Assembly: GCF_028641065.1 (NCBI RefSeq)
Contig: NC_073403.1
Location: forward strand, 30,752,001-30,816,000
DNA length: 64,000 nucleotides
Source of the DNA: Leucoraja erinacea
Lineage: Eukaryota
Direction: 5' to 3'
In this document: positions 47,401 through 60,821 of the stretch, piece by piece
Layout of the letters: each line of letters begins with the position of its first letter
How positions within the stretch are numbered: the stretch's first letter is position 1
Program-made: the position numbers and the translations under genes
Notes under the pieces: model-generated
What the model was told of the DNA's origin: nothing
What the model saw: the letters and a program-made list of their open reading frames with translations, nothing else
The model's database searches: none

Positions 47401-50400
47401 TGTAAAGAGGAGTCATGAACACATTGTGTCTTTACTACTTTTTATTAATATCACATAACCGTTGCTGCCCTAGCTGTACGTGGTCTGTCACCGGAGCTAG
47501 AGAGAGATCAATGGGTGGGGAGGTTGCAATTATACTTCTGATATGGGGAGTGGTTAGTAGTGGTGAGGTCACTATATTAAAGGCACATGCACATGATCTA
47601 CATCCTTCCCCTTGGAAACAAAGCAATACAGTAGTGACGGGCGACCACGTCTCATGCGCTACGAGCATGTGAGCAAACAGTTAAACAAACAGATGAGCAA
47701 CCAGCTAAGCAAAATCACCATAGCGGACAGGCGGCTTAACCAGCCGGCCGGACCGGGTACGCAGCTCGCCATCTCCCCCCTCTGCAGGAAGAGCCGGAGC
47801 CGGGGCGGGCGACCGAACCGGGGATCCTGGAGGAGAAGGAGGCGGCGGAGGCAGAGGAGGGGACGCAGGCGCAGCAGCGGGTGGACGGGCAGGGGAACGA
47901 GGGCTGCCAGGCGGAGAGCGGGGCTGGACGAGCTGAGATGGCAGGGAGCGAGGCATGCGTGGGGCGGCGGGAAGTGTAGCGGACAACGGAGGGGAGAAAG
48001 GGTCGGCAGGCGGTGGTGGGGGCTCGTTGACAAGCCGCAGATGTTGGCGGGACCGGCGGTAGATGGTACCGTCGTGGTCGACCAGGTAGGACCGCGGCGA
48101 ACCAGCATCACCGACAACGGTGGCAAGTTTGGAGTGACCGGAGGGGGACTGCATCCGGACAACTTGGCCGGGGAATAGACGCGGCAGGGGGCAGCAGGAC
48201 TGGTCGTGGGAGCGCTTTTGCACTGCATGCTTGAGGGCAATGCGCTCCTGGACAGCAGCAGGCTGGAGAACAGAGGGAGCGAGGGACTTCTGGGTCACAG
48301 GGAGTGGAGGTCTCGTTGTGCGAGCCATCAGCTGCTGAGCTGGCGAGCCCAGGGCAGTGTCGCGGGAGATGTTCCGAAGGTTGAGGAGGGCTAGGTAGAA
48401 ATCGGATTGGGACAGTCTGCAATGCTCCAGCAAGTCCTTGGCACTGCGGACAGCGCGCTCCGCCAAGCCGTTGCTTTGCGGGTACTCTGGACTGCTGGTG
48501 TAGTGTCGGAAGTTCCAGCTGGCAGCGAAACCCCGAAACTCGGCACTGGTGAACTGGCTTCCGTTGTCAGATTGGAGGCTCGCCGGGAGCCGAAAGTGGC
48601 AAAGTGGCGGCGCAGCTTCACGATGACGGCCGAAGAGGTGAGGGAGTGCAGCTGGTCGACCTCGAACCAGCTGGAATAAGAGTCAACGAGGACCAGGAAG
48701 TGCTTGCCACGCCACTCGAAAATGTCAGTGGCGACTGCCATCCAGGGCAGTTCAGGAGCAGGCTGTTGCAGAAGCGGCTGACGTTGCTGATGGGGAGCGA
48801 GGTTATTGCAGGTAGCGCAGGCGGAGACCCTCTCTCGGATGTCTTGGGCCATGCCGGGCCAGTAGAACTGAGTCTGGGCGTGGGACAGAGTGGCCTCGGC
48901 CCCAGGATGACCGCTGTGGGCGACTTGAAAATAGTGGTCCCGCAGCGCGGCGGGCACAACGACTTTGTGTCCTTTCACCACCACACCGTCGTGCAGGACG
49001 AGCTCGTCACGGACCAGGAAGTAGGGCACGGCACCTGCCGGCAAGGATGAACGGCTGTCTGGCCAGCCCCGCCGGATGACGTCGGCAAGCTGCTGCAGGG
49101 CTGGATCCTCGGCAGTGTGCTTGACCAGGGACTGCATCTGCTGTGAAGGCACAATGTTAACGTTAAGCACCATCAGGTCAGACGATTCGTATGGGTGGCG
49201 ATCAGTGGACGATAGTGGTGCGCGGGACAGCGTGTCGGCCACGAACATGTCCTTGCCCTTGCTCTTGCGATAAACAATTTTAAAAGTGAAGCGCTGTAGC
49301 TGCAGCATCATGCGCTGCAGCCGGGAAGAGGCAACGTGGATCGGCTTGTTTAGGATGGTGACCAACGGCTGGTGGTCGGTCTCGATCGTGAAGCTGTTGC
49401 CCAGGATGTAGTCCTTGAACTTGGAGCATGCAAATACCACGGCAAGCAGTTCCTTCTCAATCTGAGCGTAGCGCTGCTCGGCAGAGGTCATGGTGCGGGA
49501 CGCATAGGAAACGGGCAGCTGCCGGCCATCGTGGAGCTGCAGGCAGGCGGCACCCAGACCAAATTTGGAAGCGTCGCAGGTGAGAACGATGGGACGCTGT
49601 AGATCAAAGAATTTGAGAGTGGGGGTACTGACCAGTCGAGACTTCAGGACGTCGAAGGCATGTTGGTGATGTGGGAACCAGGCCCAGGCAGTGTCCTTCT
49701 TGATGAGTTCCCTCAGGGGCGCACTCAGCTCGCTGAGGTCGGGGATAAATTTTCCCAGGTAGTTGACCATGCCCAGGAAACGCTGCAGGCTGGGCACATC
49801 GGTGGGGGAGGACATCCCGGAGACAGCAGCCGTTTTTTGCGGGTCAGGCTTCAGCCCCGAGGCAGTAAAAACGTGGCCCACGTAAGTGACCTCCGGGACG
49901 CGGAAACGGCACTTCTTTGGGTTGAGCTTGAGGTTGATTTCACGGGCCCGATCTAGGATCTGACGGAGGTGGAGGTCGTGCTCAGCCACGTCCTTACCGT
50001 AGACTAGAATGTTGTCCACGATGATGGCACACGGCAGACCGGCGAAGAGCTGCTCCATGGTTCGCTGGAATACCTCGCTGGCAGAGTTAATCCCGAATGG
50101 CATGCGGAGGAATCGGAACCTTCCAAAAGGCGTGCTGAATGTCGTCAGGTAGGAGGATCGCTCGTCCAGCGCTATCTGCCAGAAAGAACTCTTGGCATCG
50201 AGGACCGAAAAAACAGTGGCCGGACCAACCTGTGCAGCGACATCCTCCACTGTTCGCATTGGGTAGTGCGGGCGTTTGATGGCCAGGTTCAGGTCCTTGG
50301 GGTTGATGCAAATGTGAATTTCAGTTTTGTCTTTTTTCGCGGCAACAACCATGGTGGAGACCCACCGGGTGGGTTCGCTCACCTCTTTCAGTATGCCCAT

Positions 50401-52108
50401 GGTGACCATGTTGAGGAGAGTAGATTTAACCTTGTCCTTCATGGCGAAGGAGACGCCGTGCGGCGGGCGGATCACCGGTTCAACGCTGGGGTCAACAGCA
50501 ATCTTGTAGCAGCTGGGCAGCTTGCCCAGCTTTTCGTCGAAACGGTTGGGGTATTCGCGCAGGGGGTCCATGAGGGTCCGCACCTGGTGGATATCACGGT
50601 GAAAGGAGACCAAACCGAGGTCTTGGCACGCCTGGGCACCCAGCAAGGTAACGTTGTTGGAGTCTAGCAGGTAGAAGGTGAGGGGCCGAGAGGCCTTCAG
50701 GACCTTGCAGTGCAGGGTTGCCTTTCCCACGGGAACGAGTACAGCTCCCCCGTAGGCATGCAGGCGGGAGTTAGCAGCAGTCACTTTCTCATTAGTTCTT
50801 ATCTTCTTGAAAAGGCTTGTTGACATTACATTGGCAACTGCCCCCTGTCTATTTTCGCTGAGAAGGTCGAACCATTGACCGAGACCCGAACCGAAGGGTC
50901 CGTTATCAAGGCATGTGCATCCAAGAGCGAAAAGATGCTGGTCTCCCCCTGGGACGAACTGGTATCAGACAAAGGGAGTTCGTCAGGCGAAGACTGGGAA
51001 CCAGGCTCGCTGTCAGCCTGAGCAAGGTTGATTAACATTCTCCGAAGGGGGGGGCAGGCTTCCCCCTAGAACGGCAGGCTGCAGAGAAATGGTTTAACTT
51101 TTTGCAAAAATTGCACGTCTTGCCCAAGGCAGGGCACACATTGAACTGGTGGGAGGCAAAATTGCAGTTGGGGCAACGTCGTGGGCTCCCGCCCCCGGGT
51201 GCAGGGGAACCCTGTTGCGTTGGCGGGCCAGTGTTCCGCCGGCGGCCAGCAACAGTGGCAAAGTTAATGTCATGATCAGCAGGCGACAGTGCCGAGGTGA
51301 CAGCCTCAGCCATGCGGGAGGCGTGCAGAGCCTCATCCAGAGACAGGTCGGGCTTCCGCAGAAGTTCAGCCCGTAGCTTCACATCGAGAAGGCCATATAC
51401 TAGGATGTCGCGGGTCACTTGATCGGGAGTCAGAGCGTCCAGGCGACAACGCCTGGCCATGTGTCGCAACGCAGCGATATAGTTGTCGATTGACTCCCCA
51501 GGGATCTGACGCCGACTGAACATTTTAAAACGCTCTAAAATGCAGTTGGTGGGGGTGTCACACATTGCTGTAAACTTAGCCATAAGACATACCGGGTCTC
51601 GAGCATCTTCACCTGCAGCATATACAAACGACTCAGATCGTTCCAGGGCATCGGGACCAGCCAGGTTGAGGAGCAGAGAAGCCCGAGTTTCAGCGGTGGC
51701 AGCAGGATGGGCGATCGTCACGTAGCGGTTGAAATCGCGGCGAAAGACACCCCACCGATGGGCAATGTCCGAGTCGAAGACAAGCACATCGGGCTTGCGG
51801 CAAGAGGTAGCCATGGCACGGGAGGTAGAACAAGGGATAGGGAACTGGGTCAAACGTAAATAAAAACCGACAAACAGGAGGCGCGGAGGCACGATTGTGA
51901 CACCATGTAAAGAGGAGTCATGAACACATTGTGTCTTTACTACTTCTTTAATAATATCACATAGCCGTTGCTGCCCTAGCTGTACGTGGTCTGTCACCGG
52001 AGCTAGAGAGAGATCAATGGGTGGGGAGGTTGCAATTATACTTCTGATTCGGGGAGTGGTTAGTAGTGGTGAGGTCACTATATTAAAGGCACATGCACAT
52101 GATCTACA
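47401..52108 (-). mobile_element. Gypsy LTR retrotransposon 2, full length, degenerate
   Basis: LTRs 47401-47602 and 51906-52108 (several differences); TSD acatt (empty site ~42189); PBS tggtgtcac; PPT aaggggaagga; gag from 51814; pol frameshifted, RT motif reads IVDN. Confidence 0.95.
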
Positions 52109-52224
52109 ACATTGAGATTAGGGAATAGAGTATTTGCAACATGAAGGGTGGGAGGAGGTGGTACCACAAACATTCAAACCAAAGCACTGGGAGTTGGTGG
52201 ATTTGTACCCTAACTGAAAAAGTG

Positions 52225-53293
52225 CCTGTTAATTGACCCTCGAGTGCAGAGAATGGATGACAAAGTGGGATAACATAAAACCACCGTGAACGAGTGATAA
52301 ACTAAACGTGTCCTGCAAGTTTAGATTTGACGGAATAGCGGTAAAACAAAGATTTTCACAATATCACAGTGCACGTGGCAATAATAAACCAATACCGTTT
52401 CCCTTCAGCCTCTCAGCGGGACCCGAGCGGTTCACACACACGCCCACTCTCGGATGTGACGAGCCCGTCTCTGTCCCCGGGACGCTTTCGCTTCGGCCGC
52501 TTCCCCTCGACAGACCGAGCCGGAGACTTCACACTCGGCTACAAGCCGTTTAATTTCAAACAAAAGCAGAAATGTCTGGTGTAAAGAACAGAGAGGCAGA
52601 ATAACTTTCTCCTCGGAGAGCAGAGTGTGGGTCCGGTGTATCGGCGCTGAGAGAGTCGCCACCAACCAAGCGGCCGCGACCCGTCTCCCCGCACTGTCCC
52701 CCTGAGATGTGGCTTCAACGCAGTTGGGTGAGTGGAGGGGCGGCTTTAACAGTCTTTGTCCGTGGCTCCGAGGGTGAGCGCTGAAAGTCGCAGTGTTATT
52801 ATTACCCGGATAAAATGCAGCCCCCAGCGATGCACAGCCACAGTCACGTCCCCTCCCCACCCCGTCCCCTGCGTTAGACTGAGCCTCCCCCACAACACCT
52901 GTGACCCCCCCGATGTGAACCTGCGAAACTCTGAGCCGCAGCGCTGCTTGTTCTCTCCTATCGCGGATTCCCTCGTCGCTGCTGCGGGACTCTCCCACTT
53001 TCACATTCCTTACTTCAGAACGGAGACCGCTCTCTCCTGACACCTTGCAAATTTCCAGCACAATAAATTCACTTTTCAAACATCACCTATCGTCGGATTG
53101 TAACATATTAAAGCGGGCAGCATGGCAGAGACAGCTCACAGTATCCACAGCCACCGGTCTCAGCAGCACAGGCGGCCGCTCCAGAATCACAAGTCGCTGC
53201 ATTTCCATATCCAGCGTTTCAGTCAGCGATCAGGAACCGTTTTCGGAGCAGATTCTGATCTCAGATCGGTGCTTTACTCACTGTGGCTTGAAG
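52225..53293 (+). promoter_or_regulatory. IFN G upstream cassette and 5' UTR
   Basis: Same motifs as E (gggactctccc, ttcacttttc, tattaaa). Confidence 0.72.
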
Positions 53294-53736
53294 ATGACTT
53301 TGGGCAGTGTTTGCAGAGTTTGGATTGTGTGTATGTTGTTGTCCGGGACCCTGAGCCTGGGCTGTGAGAGGCTGCAGTTACTGCAAGTTCTCAACACGGA
53401 CAGTCTAGACAAACTGAATGAAATGGTGAGTTGGACCCGCTCCCAGAGACCGATCCGACACTCTCCGGGCTGTTTGTTGTTCAAATGTCAATGATTACAC
53501 GGAGCCTGTTCTCCAGTGTTTCTCTCTCTGGGGTTGTTGATATTCTGCACTCTGGATCTTCCCCTTCGCTCAACCGACTCGACATGTTTGACTTGATTGT
53601 ATTTATTTACAGTATATCTGTTTAGAATGCATAGCATGGAAAACAAAGTTAATCACTGTACCTCGGTACACGTGTCAATATAACCCTAACCCTAGTAACG
53701 TTGATATCTTGTGTCTCAGAGTGGCCACCTCTCCCG
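53294..53736 (+). CDS. Type I interferon G, partial: exon 1 (53294-53425) and start of exon 2 (53720 to gap)
   Basis: Exon 1 translates identically to E; exon 2 starts SGHLS.. and runs into the N gap; no exons 3-4 before the next cassette. Confidence 0.8.
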
Positions 53737-53836
53737 NNNNNNNNNNNNNNNNNNNNNNNNNNNNNNNNNNNNNNNNNNNNNNNNNNNNNNNNNNNNNNNN
53801 NNNNNNNNNNNNNNNNNNNNNNNNNNNNNNNNNNNN
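53737..53836. other. Assembly gap (100 N)
   Basis: Run of n. Confidence 1.
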
Positions 53837-53914
53837 CAGATGCAGCCTGACGTGCTGAGTTACTCCCGAAATGTGCATCATTTTATGTAAATCAGCGTAC
53901 ATGTTACTATATTG

Positions 53915-54940
53915 TTCACAAGTTCATAAGGTATAGAAGTAGAATTAGGCCATTCAGCCCATCGAGTCCAAACTGCCATTCAATCACTGACGACCAATGC
54001 CGTTTAGTCCCATTTTCCTGCCCACCCCATAACCCTTGACACCCGTTCAAATCAAGAATTTGTCTATCTCGGCCTTAAAATTATCAACTGACGACCTCCA
54101 TAGCCCTCTGTGGCAATCAGTATCACAGATTAACTATCTATTGACTAAAGATGTTCCTCCTCACTTCCTTTCTAAAATAGCGCCCTTTAATACTGAGGCT
54201 CTGACCTCTGGTCCTGGACTCTCCCACCCGTGGAAATATCCTTTCCATATCCACACTATGTATGTCTTTTATTATTCTGTAAGTTTCAATAAGGTCCCCC
54301 ATCAACCTTCCAAATCCCAGCGAGTAGAGGTCCAGTGCTGTCAAACGGTCAGCGCATGCCAACCCACTAATTCCTGGAATCATTCATGTAAACCTCCTCT
54401 GGACCCTCTCCAGAGCCGACACATCCTTCATCAGATACGGGGCCCAAATTTACTCACAGTACTCCAAATGCGGCCTCAACAGCGCTTTATAGAGCCTCAG
54501 CATTACATCTCTGTTTTTGTATGCCAGTCCTCTTGATATAAATGCTAACATTGAATTTACCTTCCTTACTACTGATTCCACTTGCAAATAAACTTTTCCT
54601 TAAAAGTTAATGCACCTCCGATTTCTGGATTTTCTCTCCACTTTGAAAATTATCTATTATTCTAGAAAACTCCACTTAGAAAATAATCATTCTTATTACC
54701 AAAATGCACGACTCCGCACTTTGCTACACTGAATTTCATCTGTTACTTCTCTGCCCAGTCTCCTAACCTGTCCATGTCCTTCTGCAGAGTCCTAGCTTTC
54801 TCTACACTAGCTGCCCCTCCACCGATGGTAGCACCATCTGCAAGGCCTTCAATTCCTCACCCAAATCATGAACATACATCATGAAAAGAAGCGCCCCCCA
54901 GCACCGTACCTTGCGGAACTCCGCGAGTCACTGGCAACCT
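53915..54940 (-). mobile_element. Old CR1 fragment
   Basis: MIPGISGL...GDLIETYRII...RTRGQSL. Confidence 0.8.
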
Positions 54941-55014
54941 GAAAAAGTGTCTCTGTAAATTGACCCTCGAGTGCAGGGAATGGATGAGAAAGTGGGATAA
55001 CATAAAACCACCGT

Positions 55015-58000
55015 TGTTTCATTATGTTCTGTCTCTATCTGGACGATACATAATGGACGATTAAAGCAGTCTTGCTTACTTGAACTTTATTGTCTTTGTG
55101 CAGTTGTCATCTCTCTGCCTTAGTAACGTTATCTGAAACTGGGCCGCGAGCACGGTGTCACCTCTAAAACAGTCCCCCGTACAACAGTACTTAAATAAAC
55201 AATCCTATTGTTACATCTTTCTTTTTCTTTTTTCAAGTTAGTCTCTTCCCCTTAGGTATTCTAGTGCAACAAACTTGTACCATATGCTCTGCTCATTTAC
55301 AACAGATCTAACAACATAAGCAATAATAAATCAACAGTTCAAAACATCAGTTTTCCAACAAGTGCATAAACAACACATTTTCATTTCTTTCATTTTTTTT
55401 TTTTTTTTCTTTTCCTTTCATAGTCCATACTCTAATCACTGAGTATAGTCTGTCAGGTAGCGGGGTCTGATAACTTGTCGACCTGACCTGGTGACCGTGT
55501 CTTGGTTCTCTGCTGGGCCATCTGGCGGTATGGCCGCCTCAGTCACTGTTGGTGTGGGTGTGTTTTGTGTTGGTGTGAGCGTGGTGAGATTGTGTCTGAG
55601 GTGGCGACGATTTCATCTCAGAACACCTCCTGACTCTAACTCCACCTCATACGATCTATGGCTCACCTGTTGGACCACTCTCGCTGGTCTCCAGCCCTTG
55701 TGTGTGTCACAGGGCTGTACTCTCACACTGTCCTCTCTTTTCAGAGTGTCCATGTCTTTTGCTGTGCGGTTGTAGTACTTTTCCTGTCTCTGTCTGTTGT
55801 ATTTCAGTCCCTGTTCGTCGTGTGTTACCTCTGGCTTCAGCAGAGTGTCCTTTGTGGGAAGCAGGGTCCTGGTCCTCCTGCTTAGGAGTCTCTGTGCCGG
55901 GCTTGTGTTGAGGCCCTGGCTCGGTGTGTTGCGATGATCCAGCATTGCCAAGTACAGATCCTGTCTCGCTGCTGCAGCCTTCAGCATCAGGCGCTTGGCT
56001 GTCTTTACCGCTGACTCCGCCTTCCCATTACTCTGCGGGTATCCCGGCGACGATGTACTGTGTTCAAAACCCCACTTCTGGCTGAAGTGCTGAAACTCTT
56101 GTGATGCATACTGGGGTCCGTTATCCGAGATAACAATGTCAGGAATCCCCTGTCGGGCAAAGTGGGTCTTGAGTTTTTTGATCACTGTGTTGCTCTTAGT
56201 GTCAGGTAGATAATCGACCTCCCAAAAGTTTGAATAATAATCCACTGTTATCAGATAGTCTTTATTGTGAAAGGAGAAAAGGTCCGTTCCTACCTTGGCC
56301 CAGGGTCTGCTGGCCATGTCATGTGGATGTAGTGTCTCTCTTTGTTGCTTTGGGTCCACTGACCTACATATGTCACATTTGGCGATGAAGGTCTTGATCT
56401 CCTCGTTCATTCCAAGCCAGTATACACACTCCCTCGCTCGCCTCAGACATCCTTCTACTCCCAGGTGAGAGGAGTGGATCCTGTGAGTGATGTCCACCCT
56501 GAGTGCGTCAGGTATCACGGCTCTGTCTCCTCGGAACACTATGCCGTCCTGGAAACTCAGTTCATCTTGGAAAGTGTGGTAGTGCCTGATGTCACTTGGT
56601 AAGTCCTTTTTTCTCTTGGGCCACCCTGACAGTATTCTGTTTGCCACACTCTGTAACTTTGTGTCATCTTTTGTTGCAGCCCTGATGGCACTCAGCCTCT
56701 CTGCTGAAATGGGTAGGTAGCTGACCATGTTCACAGTCTCTATATCTGTCTCACTCTCTCCCTTAGTGCTCTCTAGTAAGTATGCTCTACTCAGCGTGTC
56801 TGCAAGTAGCATATCCCTGCCTGGAACATAGGTCACACTAATATCATACTGCTGCAGTCTCAGTAGCATTCTCTGCAGTCTCTTAGGTGCACTAAGTAAT
56901 GGCTTTCTGTGTATATTTTCTAGAGGCTTGTGGTCGCTTTGTACTGTGACCTCTCTACCATAAGTATACTGATGGAACTTTTCCATCCCAAACACTATGG
57001 CTAAGCATTCTTTCTCTATTTGGGCATAGCCCCTTTCAGTTGGTGTGAGTGCCCTACTACCAAATGCTACCGGTTTACCTTTCTGTGTCAGGGCGGCCCC
57101 CAGTCCCGTGTCAGATGCATCACACTGAAGTGTCAACTCCTCTTCCTTGTTGTAGTACTGTAGAACTGGTGCTTTAGCGATTTTGTCTTTCAGTCTTTGA
57201 AACGCCCCTTCTTGGATGTCCGTCCATTCCCACATGTTCTCCTTGCGCGCGAGTTGTCTCAGAATCTGAGTCATCTGAAAGGTGGTCATAGAACTTAGAC
57301 AGATAGTTGACCATCCCAACTAATCTCTGTACCCCTTTCACGTCCGTTGGCCTTGGCATCTCTCTGATTGCCCGTACTTTCTCCAGGTCAACCCTCAGTC
57401 CCTCGGCCGTGAGCAGATGACCTATGTAGGGTACCTCTTTTTGTCTGAGCTTGAATTTGTCTGCATTCAGCTTGATGTTACGCTCTCTGCACCTGGTTAG
57501 AAAGCGTCTGACTTTCTCGTCGTGGTCCTTTCCTGCCTCCTCTTGTGTTGCTCCTTCCCCCGTGATTAACACATCATCTGCTATGACGCAGACTCCTGGG
57601 GGGCCCTCCAGGGCCTGCATGAGCTTTCTTTGGAACACTTCCGGTGCTGGGCTTATTCCCATCGGCATCCTTAGCCAACGGAAGCGACCAAATGGGGTGG
57701 CGAATGTGGAAGGTAGCTCGACTCTTCCTCTAGTTTGACGTGCCAGAAGCCTTGCTTCACGTCGCAGACTGTGAATACTTTTGCCTTTGACATCTCCGGC
57801 AGGATGTCATCTATAGTTGGGAGTGGATAGTGACTTATTTTTAGTGCCCGATTCAGAGGTTTTGGGTCTATACAGATCCTCAGCTTCCCATTAGGTTTTC
57901 TCACTGCGACCATGCTACTGATCCAGTCAGTGCTGCGTTCCACTGGTGTGATTATCCCTCTTCTCTCTAGATCTTTGAGTTCCTCTTGTAGAGGTGTCAT

Positions 58001-59733
58001 CATAGCTACAGGCACTCTGCGCTTTGGAAGTTTCACTGGCGGTACTCTGTCATCTATCTCTATTCTATATTCACCCTCCATGCAGCCATCTCCGGTGAAC
58101 ACATCCTCAAACTCTTCATTTATTTTGTCCATGGTCACGTATTTGCCACTTTCTCCCTTTGTCACTGGGCTCGGCTCTTTCTTCACTATGTTGTCTATAG
58201 CCAGAATATTCTCGTACTGTACTTTTATCAACTTCATTGCCTCGCTGGCTTTTCTGCCCAGTAAAGGGATTCTGCTACTCTGGTCAACCACTTGAAACTC
58301 TAGTCTGTACAGCTTGTTGTTTCTGGGGTTTCTGACCTTTACCTTACATGTACCCAGAGGAGTCAACTTGGTCTTGTTATACATCACTAGCACTTTCTCA
58401 GTGTGCTCTAACTGTGTGTCTGGGTTTAGTAGATCGATGGGGATGATATTACAGGTGGCCCCACAGTCTATCTGGAAGTCAACTAACTTTTCCCCTATCT
58501 TCATTCCTGCAAAGAGCTGCTGGCCCTGACTGTGGCTGTTTTTAACCTGGTTTACAGTTTCATCCTCTCTATTTGCTTCAGTTATACAGTTGACATCCTC
58601 ATAAGAGTCACTGTCACTAGTCTGCTCTGTAACTGCATGCACTTTCTTAGTTTTCCTACTGCTCTCTTGTCTCGATCTGCACTGAGCTGCAAAATGATTT
58701 TCCTTTCCACACCTCTTACACTTTTTCCCAAAAGCTGGGCATTTTTTCTTATTCCTTTTGTGTGTTCTTCCACAAAACTTGCACAGTATCTCATTGTCTT
58801 TTTGTCTCTCTTCTGCCTGTTTCAGTGCATGTACCTCCTCCACTGTCTGTCCTTGCAGTGTTCTGCTAATCTCCCTTGACAGCTCTGTAGCTCTACAAAT
58901 GTGCAGGCATGTCTCAAGAGTCAGCTTCTCTTCCCTGAGTAATCTCTCCCTCAGTGCTGAGCTATTTGTACCACACACAAGTCGATCTCTAATCAATGAA
59001 TCTCTAATGTCCCCAAAGTTGCAACTACTAGCAAGTATTTTCAAGTCTGTTCCATAGCTGTCCACGTTTTCATCCAATCCTTGGTTCCTCATGAAGAATC
59101 GGTACCTTTCCACAGTCTCGTTTACCTTTGGGTTGCAGTACTCGTCAAACTGTATGATCATTGAACTCACTGTGGTCCTCGCTGAAGGGCTAGCACTCGA
59201 CAAAGTTGCCCAAAGTTCCCTGCCTTTTTCTCCGATGAGATCGTTGAATAGCTTGACTTTTGTGGTCTCTTCGGCGTCTGGCATGGTAAGGTCCATGTAC
59301 AGTGTAAACTCCTCCTTCCAACTTTTCCATGACTTCGCCAAGTTGTTGGAATCCAAAACCAAAGTTCCAGGGGGTTTTAGCCCTTCCATCGCTGTCAGCT
59401 AGCTGTTGGTTTTTTTTTTTCTTTGCCGGCTTCTGTAAGGCTAACGTTAGCCTGCTGCTAGCTAGCTAAACTTTCACTTTTCTAGTTAATTCTGACAATT
59501 ATCCACGTCCATCCCGCCGCTGCCACCATGTTTCATTATGTTCTGTCTCTATCTGGACGATACATAATGGACGATTAAAGCAGTCTTGCTTACTTGAACT
59601 TTATTGTCTTTGTGCAGTTGTCATCTCTCTGCCTTAGTAACGTTATCTGAAACTGGGCCGCGAGCGAGCGCGGAGTCACCTCTAAAACAGTTCCCCGTAC
59701 AACAGTACTTAAATAAACAATCCTATTGTTACA
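55015..59733 (-). mobile_element. Gypsy LTR retrotransposon 3, full length, two frameshifts in pol
   Basis: LTRs 55015-55215 and 59529-59733; TSD accgt (empty site ~52283); PBS tggtggcagcggcgggat (tRNA-Leu-like); ORFs 59389-57671 (gag, IDCGA protease), 57668-57174 (IADD) and 57319-55613 (RNase H, integrase). Confidence 0.95.
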
Positions 59734-60821
59734 ACCGTGAACGAGTGATCGATGGTCAGTGTGGATTCGGGCCTGTTCCCATGCAATATCTCTGACATAA
59801 ACTAAACGTGTTTTACTCCAGCAAGTTTAGATTTGACGGAACGGCTGTAAAACAAAGGTTTTCACAATATCTCAGTGCACGTGACAATAATAACCCAATA
59901 CCAGCTTATCCCGTTTCCCTTCAGCCTCTCAGCGGGACCCGAGCGGTTCACACACACGCCCACTGTCGGATGTGACGAGCCCGTCTCTTTCCCCGGGACA
60001 CTTTCGCTTCGGCCGCTTCCCCTCGACAGACCGAGCCGGAGACTTCACACTCGGCTACAAGCCGTTTAATTTCAAGGAGAAGCAGAAATGTCTGGTGTAA
60101 AGAACAGAGAGGCAGAAGCACTTTCTCCTCGGAGAGCAGAGTGTGGGTCCGGTGTATCGGCGCTGAGAGAGTCGCCACCAACCAAGCGGCCGTGACCCGT
60201 CTCCCCGCACTGTCCCCCTGAGATGTGGCTTCACCGCAGTTGGGTGAGTGGAGGGGCGGCTTTAACACAATCTCTGTCCGTGGCTCCGAGGGTGAGCGCT
60301 GAAAGGCGCAGTGTTATTATTACCCGGATAAAATGCAGCCCCCAGCGATGCACAGACACAGTCACGTCCCCTCCCCACCCCGTCCCCTGCCGAGACTGAG
60401 CCTCCCCCACCCCCACAACACCTGTGACCCCCCCCCCCCCGATGTGAACCTGCGAAGCTCTGAGCCGCAGCGCTGCTTGTTCTCTCCCATCGCGGATTTC
60501 CCCGTCGCTGCTGCGGGACTCTCCCACTTTCATATTCCTTACTTCGGAACGGAGACCGCTCTCTCCCGCCACTTTCCAAATTTCCAGTGGCATAATTTCA
60601 CTTTTCAAACATCAGCTATTTCGGATTGTAGCATATTAAAGCGGGCAGCATGGCAGAGACAACTGACAGAATCCACAGCCACCGGTCTCGGCAGCACAGG
60701 CGGCAGCTCCCGGATCACAAGTCGCTGCATTTCCATATCCAGAATTTCAGTCAGCGATCAGGAACCGTTTTCGTAGCTGATTCGTGTCTCAGATCGGTGC
60801 TTTACTCAGTGCACGATGAAG
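59734..60821 (+). promoter_or_regulatory. IFN H upstream cassette and promoter
   Basis: actttcgcttc ~60000; GGATTTCCCC 60494-60503; GGGACTCTCCC 60515-60525; TTTCACTTTTC 60596-60606; TATTAAA 60634-60640. Confidence 0.72.

Noticed and set aside
52432-53079. Recurrent antisense ORFs in the upstream cassettes (MKSE...) as a divergent gene family
   Set aside because: Non-ATG starts; frames and lengths differ among copies because of indels
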